DNA from: an uncultured Chitinophaga sp.
GTDB lineage: Bacteria; Bacteroidota; Bacteroidia; 2-12-FULL-35-15
Assembly: GCA_964456225.1 (NCBI GenBank)
Contig: CAYWAV010000006.1
Coordinates: 5,030-54,710, forward strand
DNA: 49,681 bases
Direction: 5' to 3'
Shown here: positions 8,548 through 17,116 of the stretch, one piece after another
Position numbering within the stretch: the first letter of the stretch is position 1
How the letters are laid out: each line of letters opens with the position of its first letter
The notes under the pieces: model-generated
Told to the model about the DNA's origin: nothing
The model's input: the letters and a program-made list of their open reading frames with translations, nothing else
Databases searched by the model: none
Made by a program: the position numbers and the translations under genes

Positions 8548-9870
8548 TTATGCAGGTTGCGCAACCTCTACTTTTTCATAATACCCTTGCTTCAACCGAA
8601 TAAATAGCTTACGATTTTTTAGAAAATCATTGAATGTCCTATCTGGCATTGCTATTGTTTTAGCTATAGTTAGGCCCTCCCCAGTTTTAAATGTTGCTGG
8701 TAAACTTGCGAATACATTTTTCTGTATTTCAGTTAGTTTCTCGAATTCAACTGAGTGTATATTTGTGTATTCTACTATTTTTTTCCCCTGCGTTTTAAAG
8801 TACTCAATCAATATAATAGCCTTATTAACAGTATCTAACTCAACTGCAGATGGTCTCTTAGTCTTTTCTGCACTCGCTAGTACTTGAAGGATTAAACACA
8901 ACCGATAGAACCCCATATCTGATTTACTTATCATTGCGCGATCTGCATTATCTGCATTATTGGATTCATCTACATTTTTGTTATGCCAATCTCTTGCCAC
9001 TTTTTTTGCATCCTCCGAAAACTGGATTTCGATTGGTACAATCTCATTGTCTTCATCTGTCGCTGGTTCAATTTTTAAAATTCGATTCATCAAATTTGTA
9101 TAGTCGTTATATATTTCTTCGTCTAATTCGTCTTCAACGAAGTGTGGCTTCTTTACATTTTCAAGAAATATTGGGAGGATTCTCTCCACAAATCCATTAA
9201 AACTTCTATCATCTGCAAAAATTTCAGCCAAGATGCCGGGTTGGATCGAACCGAACACTGAAATAAAAGATTTAGGAATCACTATAGGTGGTTTACCAAC
9301 TCTGTTTATCCGATAGAAACCACTGTTATAATTCGTCAACCAGAACTGCTCATCGCTGCCTTTTCTATATTTGTTGAAATCTTTGATCCAAGCCGATAAT
9401 TCATCGCGATAATATCCTATTCCTCGCAAATTATTTTTTAATAGCTGAGCAATCGCTTCCATAGTAATATCATTCACAAGGGCTTGTTCACACTGTGGTA
9501 CTTCTTGCACCATTTTTTCATCCATACTTAATGAATTATATTTTTTCATACTCTCCCTGTACTTTCTAAATAACCTTTTTTCATGTTCACGAACTGGTTT
9601 CATTGGCAGGTCCATCGCATGACTTTTATTTGTACTCTTTTCTGAGATAATCATCAAATAAAGCAATGGCAGCTCTAACCAGCCCTTTTTTACGCGCAAC
9701 CCCATAGTTTTACCTATGAAAACTGAGGCGGTAAAAAGCACAGATGCAGCTAAGTATCCCTTCGGATGCCCCAATGTTTCGTGGGCCGATTGAATAAATT
9801 TGCTGATTGTATCTGGGAACACTTCAATTGGAAATGTATCTTCTGTTGTATTATTTTTTTCCTTTTCCAT
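8548..9870 (-). CDS. DUF3987/YfjI-family protein (putative replication NTPase/helicase)
   Basis: FPIEVFP, degenerate Walker A SEKSTNKS, DITMEA, RDELSAW, GSIQPGIL, NGFVERIL, C-terminal KQGYYEK. Confidence 0.88.
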   Translation of the reverse strand: MEKEKNNTTEDTFPIEVFPDTISKFIQSAHETLGHPKGYLAASVLFTASVFIGKTMGLRVKKGWLELPLLYLMIISEKSTNKSHAMDLPMKPVREHEKRLFRKYRESMKKYNSLSMDEKMVQEVPQCEQALVNDITMEAIAQLLKNNLRGIGYYRDELSAWIKDFNKYRKGSDEQFWLTNYNSGFYRINRVGKPPIVIPKSFISVFGSIQPGILAEIFADDRSFNGFVERILPIFLENVKKPHFVEDELDEEIYNDYTNLMNRILKIEPATDEDNEIVPIEIQFSEDAKKVARDWHNKNVDESNNADNADRAMISKSDMGFYRLCLILQVLASAEKTKRPSAVELDTVNKAIILIEYFKTQGKKIVEYTNIHSVEFEKLTEIQKNVFASLPATFKTGEGLTIAKTIAMPDRTFNDFLKNRKLFIRLKQGYYEKVEVAQPA

Positions 9871-9873
9871 TAT

Positions 9874-10236
9874 TTATTTATTTGTTACTGGTTTATTCAT
9901 ACCTGCCTTTAGACATTTCTTAATTGTTCTAAAAGCGTCTTCCAGGTTGGCGACATTTGGTTTATTTTGAATAGCATTTTCTAACGCAGATATTGCAACT
10001 TCTTCTGCTATAATTCCGGCTGCTACATATCCTCCGAGCAAAAAACTTGCTCTAACAAGAGCGTGATGTTTCTGTCCATCTGCGCTGTCATTAATTAATT
10101 TGATGGCCCTGGCCAACGCTGCGCTAACTAATTCATTAGTATTTACAAGAAGCCGTGCATAGGACTTTACCACTACTTTTTTTTGCTCTTCCGCTGGCAA
10201 GAATTCACTGAGTGCTTTCAGATTTACTTTTTTCAT
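9874..10236 (-). CDS. Primase C-terminal-like helical domain protein
   Basis: GQKHHALVRASFLLGGYVAAG...EDAFRTIKKCLKAGMNKP. Confidence 0.65.
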   Translation of the reverse strand: MKKVNLKALSEFLPAEEQKKVVVKSYARLLVNTNELVSAALARAIKLINDSADGQKHHALVRASFLLGGYVAAGIIAEEVAISALENAIQNKPNVANLEDAFRTIKKCLKAGMNKPVTNK

Positions 10237-10826
10237 AGGCTTAGATATTTCGGATTAATGAAACATTCAAGATCGTGGGAAATGAAGGTAGCTCGGCATA
10301 TATCTTTGCACGAAACATCGAAACATTCCACAGGGAGGTTATATCTATTTACGATGTAGTTTCCGATTTTCATGTAATACTCCTCGTGGCTGGTGAAATC
10401 CGGCTCGATCGAAACGAACCAAGCAATTCCCCGTCCGGAAGGAGTAAAAAACAAAAGGTCAGTTTCTATATTTTCATCTGTCAGAAGAATATTCTTTAAC
10501 CAAGCGGGATCAGGGAGATTGTCAAAATCTATTCGGATGTAACCAGAATGTTTTCCCATACCAGTTTTTGAACGATACGTGCAAAGGCCGGAAGGGGTGC
10601 AGAAATCGAAGCTTGATTTCTTAAATTCATTATACGGTGCCTTGTCCCCAGATCGCAGATACTCGCTATACAGTCGGTAGGCTTTACGAGTTCTTTCTCC
10701 ATAAGTGAAAGGATTACAAACTAAATGATAGAGTTCTATTATACCCATTTCCTTTGCAGGAATAGTGGTGTCAATAGGACTTCGGAAAAAGCTGAACTTC
10801 GCAAGTTCGATTTGTGTTTTTTTCAC
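10233..10826 (-). CDS. BT4734/BF3469 (VirE N-terminal, AEP-like) domain protein
   Basis: FSFFRSPI, FKKSSFDFCTPSG, HSGYIRIDFD, LFFTPSGRG, DVSCKDICRATFISHD. Confidence 0.9.
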   Translation of the reverse strand: MKKTQIELAKFSFFRSPIDTTIPAKEMGIIELYHLVCNPFTYGERTRKAYRLYSEYLRSGDKAPYNEFKKSSFDFCTPSGLCTYRSKTGMGKHSGYIRIDFDNLPDPAWLKNILLTDENIETDLLFFTPSGRGIAWFVSIEPDFTSHEEYYMKIGNYIVNRYNLPVECFDVSCKDICRATFISHDLECFINPKYLSL

Positions 10827-10848
10827 AGCATTGTTTTTTAGGTCAATG

Positions 10849-10940
10849 CTTGTTGGACTGCGGAAATAATGTATATTTGTAGCGCTAACTAATTACATTA
10901 AGCCCTGTGCAGCAACAAGCTGACAGGGTTTATTTTTTGT
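10849..10940 (+). ncRNA. Putative small antisense RNA (promoter plus terminator) opposing the replication operon
   Basis: CTTG-19 bp-TATATTTG (10849-10879), then hairpin AGCCCTGT-G-CAGC-AACAA-GCTG-ACAGGGTT and a T-rich tail. Confidence 0.45.
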
Positions 10941-11268
10941 TTTTAATTTTTACAAAGATATTTGCTTCATTTTGTATTTCAGCAATAGTTTTTTTTCTGC
11001 CTTCTAATAACCACATTGCTATTTCCTGCCTAGAAAACCACAGCCTTTTGGAGTTGGGACGTTTGGAAAATGGTATCTCATTTCGGCTAACATAACCGTA
11101 GAGTGTCGGGACAGAGAGCTTTGTTTGCTCGCTTACTTGTTTAATGGTAATTGGCTGGTCTGGTGGCGGATTTTCCTCGTGAAATCTTTGAAGGAAAAGG
11201 TTTGTTAGGTTATCGACTTTTTCATTAAGCTCGGTAACGGCACTTGGCAAATCATTATGTGTTATCAT
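10930..11268 (-). CDS. AlpA/excisionase-like HTH protein
   Basis: ITHNDLPSAV, ITIKQVSEQTKLSVPTLYGYVSRNEIPFSK...LWFSRQEIAMWL; ATG 11268 preferred. Confidence 0.9.
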   Translation of the reverse strand: MITHNDLPSAVTELNEKVDNLTNLFLQRFHEENPPPDQPITIKQVSEQTKLSVPTLYGYVSRNEIPFSKRPNSKRLWFSRQEIAMWLLEGRKKTIAEIQNEANIFVKIKNKK

Positions 11269-11327
11269 TGTGGTTGTTTTTTTAGACCACAAACGTAAAA
11301 ATTTAAAATCTTTTATTTTTTTTTGTT

Positions 11328-11370
11328 CCCTTGTTTACCCTTGTATACAAGGGAATACAAGTTTTACAAG
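11328..11370. promoter_or_regulatory. Palindromic operator-like array
   Basis: Perfect 16-bp palindrome CCCTTGTATACAAGGG (11338-11353) plus further CTTGT/ACAAG half-sites at 9-10 bp spacing. Confidence 0.65.
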
Positions 11371-11374
11371 CGAT

Positions 11375-12448
11375 TTATTTTGTGTTGTTCGTATTTTTTA
11401 ATACAAACTCTACTTTTAAAGAAATGGCATCAAGGTCGGGTTTGTGCTTTTTTTCAATATAATAAAAGCTTGTAAATATGCTGTTATACGATCCTATATG
11501 ACGTCCTAAAAACACTCTTAGAGAATCGTAAATTTTCTGTTGCTGTCTATTTTCAAGAGTCAAAAATCCCCTGTTAGATAAATCCAATAATAATAATCTA
11601 ATACTTTTTCCTATTTCTGTTTTAAACTCTTCCTTCAGTTTTTCAGCTAATTGAAGGTTATTAACATGCAATAGATATTCGGGAAATGTTTTTACTGCTT
11701 CCTTTCTGGCACATTCTTTCTCATTACTTTGTTCTGATTGAATTTCTTTTGTTAAATCTTGACCGTCAGTTCCATCTGATTGATTTTCGAGGTTTGCCAC
11801 TTTTACATTGTTTTCCTCTTTCTGGTTTGCTTTTGCTTGCTTTTTCAAAAAATCTAAAAAATTTTTATAGACAATATTAGTAACTGAACTAAAAAGCTGC
11901 TTCCCTTTTTTAGTGGGTTCGTTTTCATCAGATTTTGGATTATAATTTTCGCCAAATAATAAAACCTTTATATCGCTGGTTTTATTCCTATATGCCTCAT
12001 ACATGACTGTTCTGATATTCTCTAAAATGTTGGTGTTACTCAACGTATTTTCATCAATAAATGGCATTATGAGGTCACTGTATTCATCCGTATCTCTTTT
12101 TTCAAAATTTTCAATTTCAGATTTAATGAATCCTTTTAGATTTGAAGAATTTATTCGTTTTGAAGTATGGCTATACAAAGAAGCGTAAAACAGGGCATAG
12201 TAATGAAACTCCATCTCGAACAAAAGTTTTGAAATAAGGGCTGGATCATCATAAAACTCCATTATGTTTTTTCTTACTTCAGGGACAAGTAATGGAATAA
12301 AATTAAAAGAAAATAGCTTTTTACCTCTTACTTGTTTATTTTCCTTATTATAAACAAGCAAATAAAATGAAGCCAACTGAGGTTCAGTGTAATTAGTTAG
12401 GTCACATTCTATGATAGGATTATATTGACTTTTTCGGGGGGCGTTCAT
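11375..12448 (-). CDS. Hypothetical protein between integrase and excisionase
   Basis: 357-aa ORF, two helical regions joined by a polar linker; no family recognised. Confidence 0.75.
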   Translation of the reverse strand: MNAPRKSQYNPIIECDLTNYTEPQLASFYLLVYNKENKQVRGKKLFSFNFIPLLVPEVRKNIMEFYDDPALISKLLFEMEFHYYALFYASLYSHTSKRINSSNLKGFIKSEIENFEKRDTDEYSDLIMPFIDENTLSNTNILENIRTVMYEAYRNKTSDIKVLLFGENYNPKSDENEPTKKGKQLFSSVTNIVYKNFLDFLKKQAKANQKEENNVKVANLENQSDGTDGQDLTKEIQSEQSNEKECARKEAVKTFPEYLLHVNNLQLAEKLKEEFKTEIGKSIRLLLLDLSNRGFLTLENRQQQKIYDSLRVFLGRHIGSYNSIFTSFYYIEKKHKPDLDAISLKVEFVLKNTNNTK

Positions 12449-12490
12449 ATTATTCGAAATTGTTTTTACAAATGATTATTTTCAAGCCAA

Positions 12491-13738
12491 TCAAAAATCC
12501 ATAAGATTTTCCATAAAATCTTTCTTGTCTTTATCTTCAAATCCAGCAAAATAACCAACAGTTGTTTTCATATTATTGTGGCTCAAAGCCTCCATTACAA
12601 ACTCCATACTTGCACCATTCCGGATTGAATTAGTCGCAAAGCTGTGTCTTGCCCAATAGGTTGAGATATCACTTGTCAACCCCTCGCTAATGGCTAGTTT
12701 TTTAAGGTTTTGATTAATAAATTTAGTGAAATTTTTAATCTTTTTATGTTTTATTTCTTCGGTTTCTTTATCGGATATAATTGGAAAGAGGAATTCGTCC
12801 TTGCCCGTTTTGTTATTTCCGTACTTTTTTATGATCTCTTTTGAAAATTCATTAAGGTAAACAGTTACAGGCTTCAAATCGTTTTTTGATGTATTGATTG
12901 TTTTGGCTCTATAAAATATTATTTTGTCATCTTGTAGGTTTTCATATTTAAGTAATGCAATATCTTTAATATTCATCCCATTACAAGCGTAACTAAAAAA
13001 CCAAAAATCTTTAGCTTTTATTTGTTCCGGGACCTTAGGCTTGGCAGCAAATAACTGTTTTAAATGGTCTTGACTTAGTGCTTTTTTTACACTGCGTCCT
13101 GTTGGTATCTGATATTTTTTTGCACCAAACGGGTACACTTCAGCATCAATTTCCTTTTCAGCAATAGCAGTATTAAAAACGGCTCTGAGGGGTCTTAAAT
13201 ACATCCCTACTGTTGTTCTGCTGCGTTTTAACGTGTTAATCATATAATCTTCGTACTTCTTTAACCAATCAGCATTAATATCAATAAAAGACAAGTTGGT
13301 TATTTCTTTATTTTTAGCATACGTGGCATATTTAAGTAATGATTTTAAACTTAACTCATAATTACTGGCAGTACCTAAGCTATTATTCAATTTTAACTTC
13401 TTAATTGTTTGATCATATTGATAAGAAATATTTGCCCCATCGCCTTTATTACGCAAATACTTTTTCTCAAATTGGGTAAAAGAAAATGGTTGTAAATTTT
13501 TACATACATCATTAGCCCGTGCAATAATAGCTTGCAATTCATTTTTAGTTTCTTGGTGTTCCTTTCTTGGTTTTTGAGTTTCCCATATACTTTGAAATTC
13601 TTTTTTAGTCATTTCATACTTCGTTGAATAGAGCTTTTTTACCTGTAACTGAGCAGAGTAAACCCTTAATTTTATTGGGTAGAGACCATTATCTTTTGGT
13701 CTTCGGGCATCTAACAATATTGTTGTTGTATATTCCAT
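12491..13738 (-). CDS. Tyrosine site-specific integrase (arm-binding, SAM-like and catalytic domains)
   Basis: LDARR.K..GLYPIKLRV, YLRPLRAVFN, FFFSYACNGMN, YRAKT, STYWARHSFAT, LSH...TT.GY; ATG 13738 preferred. Confidence 0.95.
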   Translation of the reverse strand: MEYTTTILLDARRPKDNGLYPIKLRVYSAQLQVKKLYSTKYEMTKKEFQSIWETQKPRKEHQETKNELQAIIARANDVCKNLQPFSFTQFEKKYLRNKGDGANISYQYDQTIKKLKLNNSLGTASNYELSLKSLLKYATYAKNKEITNLSFIDINADWLKKYEDYMINTLKRSRTTVGMYLRPLRAVFNTAIAEKEIDAEVYPFGAKKYQIPTGRSVKKALSQDHLKQLFAAKPKVPEQIKAKDFWFFSYACNGMNIKDIALLKYENLQDDKIIFYRAKTINTSKNDLKPVTVYLNEFSKEIIKKYGNNKTGKDEFLFPIISDKETEEIKHKKIKNFTKFINQNLKKLAISEGLTSDISTYWARHSFATNSIRNGASMEFVMEALSHNNMKTTVGYFAGFEDKDKKDFMENLMDF

Positions 13739-13749
13739 TGATTTTAATT

Positions 13750-13822
13750 TTGTGCAAACATAAACCATTTGCACAAGATTTGCACAAAAATGCTATTAAT
13801 AATCAAATAACAATCAAATAAC
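13750..13822. repeat. Putative integrase arm-type sites
   Basis: TTTGCACAA direct at 13768 and 13779, inverted at 13750; tandem AATCAAATAAC x2 at 13801. Confidence 0.6.
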
Positions 13823-13903
13823 AAATTATGTATAATATCAACAAAATGGCTATGTTTTTAGAGTATTGAGATAGAAATGAGGTAATAATAAGATAGTCAA
13901 TAT

Positions 13904-13951
13904 TCTGACTGTTAATCAGAGGGTCGCTGGTTCAAGTCCTACAGAGGGAGC
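13904..13951 (+). pseudogene. 3' half of tRNA-Asn(GTT): att-site duplicate
   Basis: TCTGA-CT-GTT-AA-TCAGA anticodon arm, GGTTCAAGTCC T-loop, acceptor strand GAGGGAG; 5' half absent; T-stem mismatched (GCTGG/CCTAC). Confidence 0.85.
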
Positions 13952-13953
13952 AG

Positions 13954-13983
13954 AAAGCCTCACAGAAATGTGAGGTTTTTTTT
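13954..13983 (+). terminator. Intrinsic terminator of the tRNA locus
   Basis: AAAGCCTCACA-GAAA-TGTGAGGTTTTTTTT. Confidence 0.85.
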
Positions 13984-13998
13984 ATATTAAAAACATCT

Positions 13999-14658
13999 AT
14001 GCTCCCTTTTATCTGCACTCTTCCTTTCATTATTACCATTATATACTCATTGTATCTCTTAATAAAGACAAAGAATATACAGGATGAGTTTTTTTATCTT
14101 TCCCGCAAAACAAAAAAAGAAACAATATTGGCAAGAATTAAATTATTGGAGGAAATCAATCAAACTGAATACAAATCTGATATCAAAGAAATTGAAAAGT
14201 ATTACAGCGATGGGCGCATTACGGAGGCTGAAGCAAACAATCTGGAAAAAATTATTACAAATGCTTATTTCAATAATTTCAAAGAAAAATGGAGTGCCTT
14301 TAAGCGTGCAGACTTTCCTCTAAAATTTATTTTTATTCTTTCGCTTTTATACGGTTTTGTGTATGTCAACCTTGTTTTTGTTGCAGGTTTTAGTCAACTG
14401 CATGATGTGGATGTATCTCTTACTGTAATCTTGATTGCTGTGAATGCTAGTCTTATTTTACCATATCTGTTTTCACTGACCCTTCTGGGCTTCTTGGCAA
14501 CATTTTTAGCAATGCTTAATCTACCTTTTAGCGAGCACGGTGGTATTAACAGAGCGGTAATTACATCTGAAGAGTTAGTAAAAGCACTAAAACCTGGAGG
14601 CCGAAAAACTAGAGTCCAACTAGGTAGCGCTTGGTCACGTACCTTTTTCAGACTTTAA
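13999..14658 (+). CDS. Hypothetical membrane protein
   Basis: N-terminal TM plus 2-3 C-terminal TM segments. Confidence 0.65.
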   Translation: MLPFICTLPFIITIIYSLYLLIKTKNIQDEFFYLSRKTKKETILARIKLLEEINQTEYKSDIKEIEKYYSDGRITEAEANNLEKIITNAYFNNFKEKWSAFKRADFPLKFIFILSLLYGFVYVNLVFVAGFSQLHDVDVSLTVILIAVNASLILPYLFSLTLLGFLATFLAMLNLPFSEHGGINRAVITSEELVKALKPGGRKTRVQLGSAWSRTFFRL

Positions 14659-15062
14659 GCTCTCCTTGTATTCACCTTTTGCAACAAACCGATTTAAAGC
14701 TGTTCCTCATTCGCATAAATCATATCATATTATCGTTTAATTGCTGTTTAAAAATTGTTTATATTGTAATTAAATCCTAAAAAGCGGGGGTTATCAACAT
14801 TTTGTTGGTTGTTTTGGGCTCTAGAACTGGAGTTTGTGAAACCTTACTATTTTCTTTCTTTGAACTATTGCTGATTTCAAAATCTAATACATTGTTTTAT
14901 AAGAAAAAAGCAAATTAGTAAATCATCACAAAATACTATTCAAAAATTATTCGAACACAATTCCAACACTTCTATACCACCGCTAATATTATTTGTCGAA
15001 TTTATACTGCCTGTATGCTTTAATATTTAGTAATTTTGTGTGCTAAAATATTCAACCCCATT

Positions 15063-17054
15063 ATGGGCAAAGACCATCATCACGTTCACACACTTTCCGC
15101 AGCGGGCTTACTTGTAACATTAGGAATTATTTTCGGAGACATTGGAACTTCTCCACTATACGTTTTGAAAGCAATTGTGGGTGAAGGCCCAATTGATAGC
15201 GTAACTGTGCTTGGAGGAATCTCCTGTATTTTTTGGACACTCACATTACAAACCACTTTAAAATATGTTGTTCTTACTCTTCGTGCCGATAATAAAGGGG
15301 AAGGCGGAATTTTTGCACTTTATACATTAGTAAAAAAAACAAAAGTAAAATGGCTTCTATTCCCAGCTGTAATTGGCGGTAGCGCGATTTTGGCGGAAGG
15401 AATTATCACTCCTCCAATCTCTGTTTCCTCTGCCATTGAAGGATTAAGAATGGTTGACTCACTCAAACACATTCCAACTATTCCAATTGTAATTGTAATT
15501 ATTATTTTACTTTTCTCTATTCAACAATTCGGAACTAAATCAATTGGAAAATTATTTGGTCCAATTATGCTTGTTTGGTTTTTAATGTTGGGAGTCCTAG
15601 GGGTATCTCAACTTTCAAATAATTGGTCGGTATTAAGTGCATTAAACCCAATGTATGGTTACGATTTATTGGTAAAGCATCCAGGAGGTTTTTGGGTGCT
15701 TGGGGCCGTATTCCTTTGTACAACAGGAGCGGAGGCATTGTATTCTGATTTAGGTCATTGTGGAAAAGAAAACATTCGCATCAGCTGGATGTTTGTGAAA
15801 ACAACTTTAGTATTAAATTATTTTGGACAAGGCGCATGGTTAATAGCACACCAAGGAGAACACTTGAATGGTGCTAGTCCGTTTTACACGATCATGCCTG
15901 AATGGTTTTTGCCTTTCGGAATTGCCTTAGCAACTGTAGCAACCATTGTAGCAAGTCAGGCTTTGATCAGTGGTTCGTTTACACTCATCAATGAGGCCAT
16001 ACGACTCAATTTTTGGCCGAAAGCAAAAATTAAATACCCAAGTGAATTAAGAGGTCAGCTATATATTCCATCTGTGAACTGGTTGTTGTGTGCGGGTTGT
16101 ATCATGGTTGTTTTATATTTTGAAGAGTCCACAAAAATGGAAGCTGCATACGGGCTGACCATTATTTTGGGAATGTTAATGTCTTCTCGTTTACTTGTGT
16201 ATTACATGCGCATCAAACGTTTTTGGAAACCACTTATTTCCGGGTTTATTGTTGTATACCTTTTTGTCGAGTTGTCTTTCCTTGTTGCACAAATGGATAA
16301 ATTTTTAAAGGGCGGCTGGATTAGCTTGATGATAGCAGTTTTACTGACATCGATTATGCTCATTTGGTATTATGCGCGTAAGATTAGAAACCGATATGTG
16401 GAGTTTGTTAAACTAGCAGACCACTTGCCAATATTGGAAGATTTGAGTCGCGATTTAAGTGTTCCAAAATATGCAACACATTTAGTTTACTTAACAAGCG
16501 CTGATAACCGAGAAGAAATTGAATCGAAAATTATTTATTCGATCATGCAAAAACAGCCGAAACGTGCCGACATTTATTGGTTTGTTCACGTAGACGTTGT
16601 GGATGAGCCGTATCGCATGGAATACAAAGTGTGTGAATTTATTCACGATGATGTTATCCGTATCGATTTCAGATTAGGATTCCGTGTGGCTCCTCGTGTG
16701 AATCTGATGTTCAGAAAAGTTGTGGAAGACATGGTAAAAAACAAAGAGGTGGATATTACGAGTCGCTACAAATCCTTAAACAAAAACAATATCATTGGCG
16801 ATTTCAGATTTATCGTTATCGAAAAGTTTTTATCGTACGAAAACGAATTGCCTTTCTATGAAAAAGTAATTTTGGACATCTATGCCTTTCTTAAGTACTT
16901 CAGCTTGTCCGAGGAGAAAGCTTTTGGCCTAGATACCAGCTCCGTGACAGTGGAAGCCGTTCCATTGATTATTGCGCCACCTAAAGCTATAAACCTAAAG
17001 CGTGTAATAGATCCGGTAGACCTAATTCCACCTCCTCCAGAACATAAAGAATAG
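15063..17054 (+). CDS. kup: KUP/HAK/KT potassium transporter
   Basis: LGIIFGDIGTSPLY, ADNKGEGG, TGAEALYSDLGH, SQALISG; the ORF-track start 15036 overlaps promoter box TAATTTTG (15031-15038), so ATG 15063. Confidence 0.96.
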   Translation: MGKDHHHVHTLSAAGLLVTLGIIFGDIGTSPLYVLKAIVGEGPIDSVTVLGGISCIFWTLTLQTTLKYVVLTLRADNKGEGGIFALYTLVKKTKVKWLLFPAVIGGSAILAEGIITPPISVSSAIEGLRMVDSLKHIPTIPIVIVIIILLFSIQQFGTKSIGKLFGPIMLVWFLMLGVLGVSQLSNNWSVLSALNPMYGYDLLVKHPGGFWVLGAVFLCTTGAEALYSDLGHCGKENIRISWMFVKTTLVLNYFGQGAWLIAHQGEHLNGASPFYTIMPEWFLPFGIALATVATIVASQALISGSFTLINEAIRLNFWPKAKIKYPSELRGQLYIPSVNWLLCAGCIMVVLYFEESTKMEAAYGLTIILGMLMSSRLLVYYMRIKRFWKPLISGFIVVYLFVELSFLVAQMDKFLKGGWISLMIAVLLTSIMLIWYYARKIRNRYVEFVKLADHLPILEDLSRDLSVPKYATHLVYLTSADNREEIESKIIYSIMQKQPKRADIYWFVHVDVVDEPYRMEYKVCEFIHDDVIRIDFRLGFRVAPRVNLMFRKVVEDMVKNKEVDITSRYKSLNKNNIIGDFRFIVIEKFLSYENELPFYEKVILDIYAFLKYFSLSEEKAFGLDTSSVTVEAVPLIIAPPKAINLKRVIDPVDLIPPPPEHKE

Positions 17055-17058
17055 TATG

Positions 17059-17098
17059 AAAAAGAAAGGCTGTCTCAAATGAGACAGCCTTTCTTTTT
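17059..17098. terminator. Bidirectional intrinsic terminator
   Basis: AAAAAGAAAGGCTGTCTCA-AA-TGAGACAGCCTTTCTTTTT between convergent genes. Confidence 0.92.
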
Positions 17099-17116
17099 AT
17101 TTTCAATCTTGTTATA

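Larger units (their letters stand above)
1..13951. mobile_element. Integrative element at tRNA-Asn (right part; left boundary not identified)
   Basis: Integrase next to the att fragment, xis/primase/DUF3987/antirepressor/resolvase module. Whether the cargo left of ~3.8 kb belongs to it is inferred. Confidence 0.75.

Noticed and set aside
12491-13738. Inactive integrase (GMN in place of GxR, YWAR in place of HxxR)
   Set aside because: Substitution of the first Arg is known in active Bacteroidota integrases (IntDOT has Ser); the second Arg, the His and the Tyr are intact
13861-13951. Functional tRNA-Asn
   Set aside because: No 5' acceptor strand or D-arm and a mismatched T-stem; treated as an att remnant
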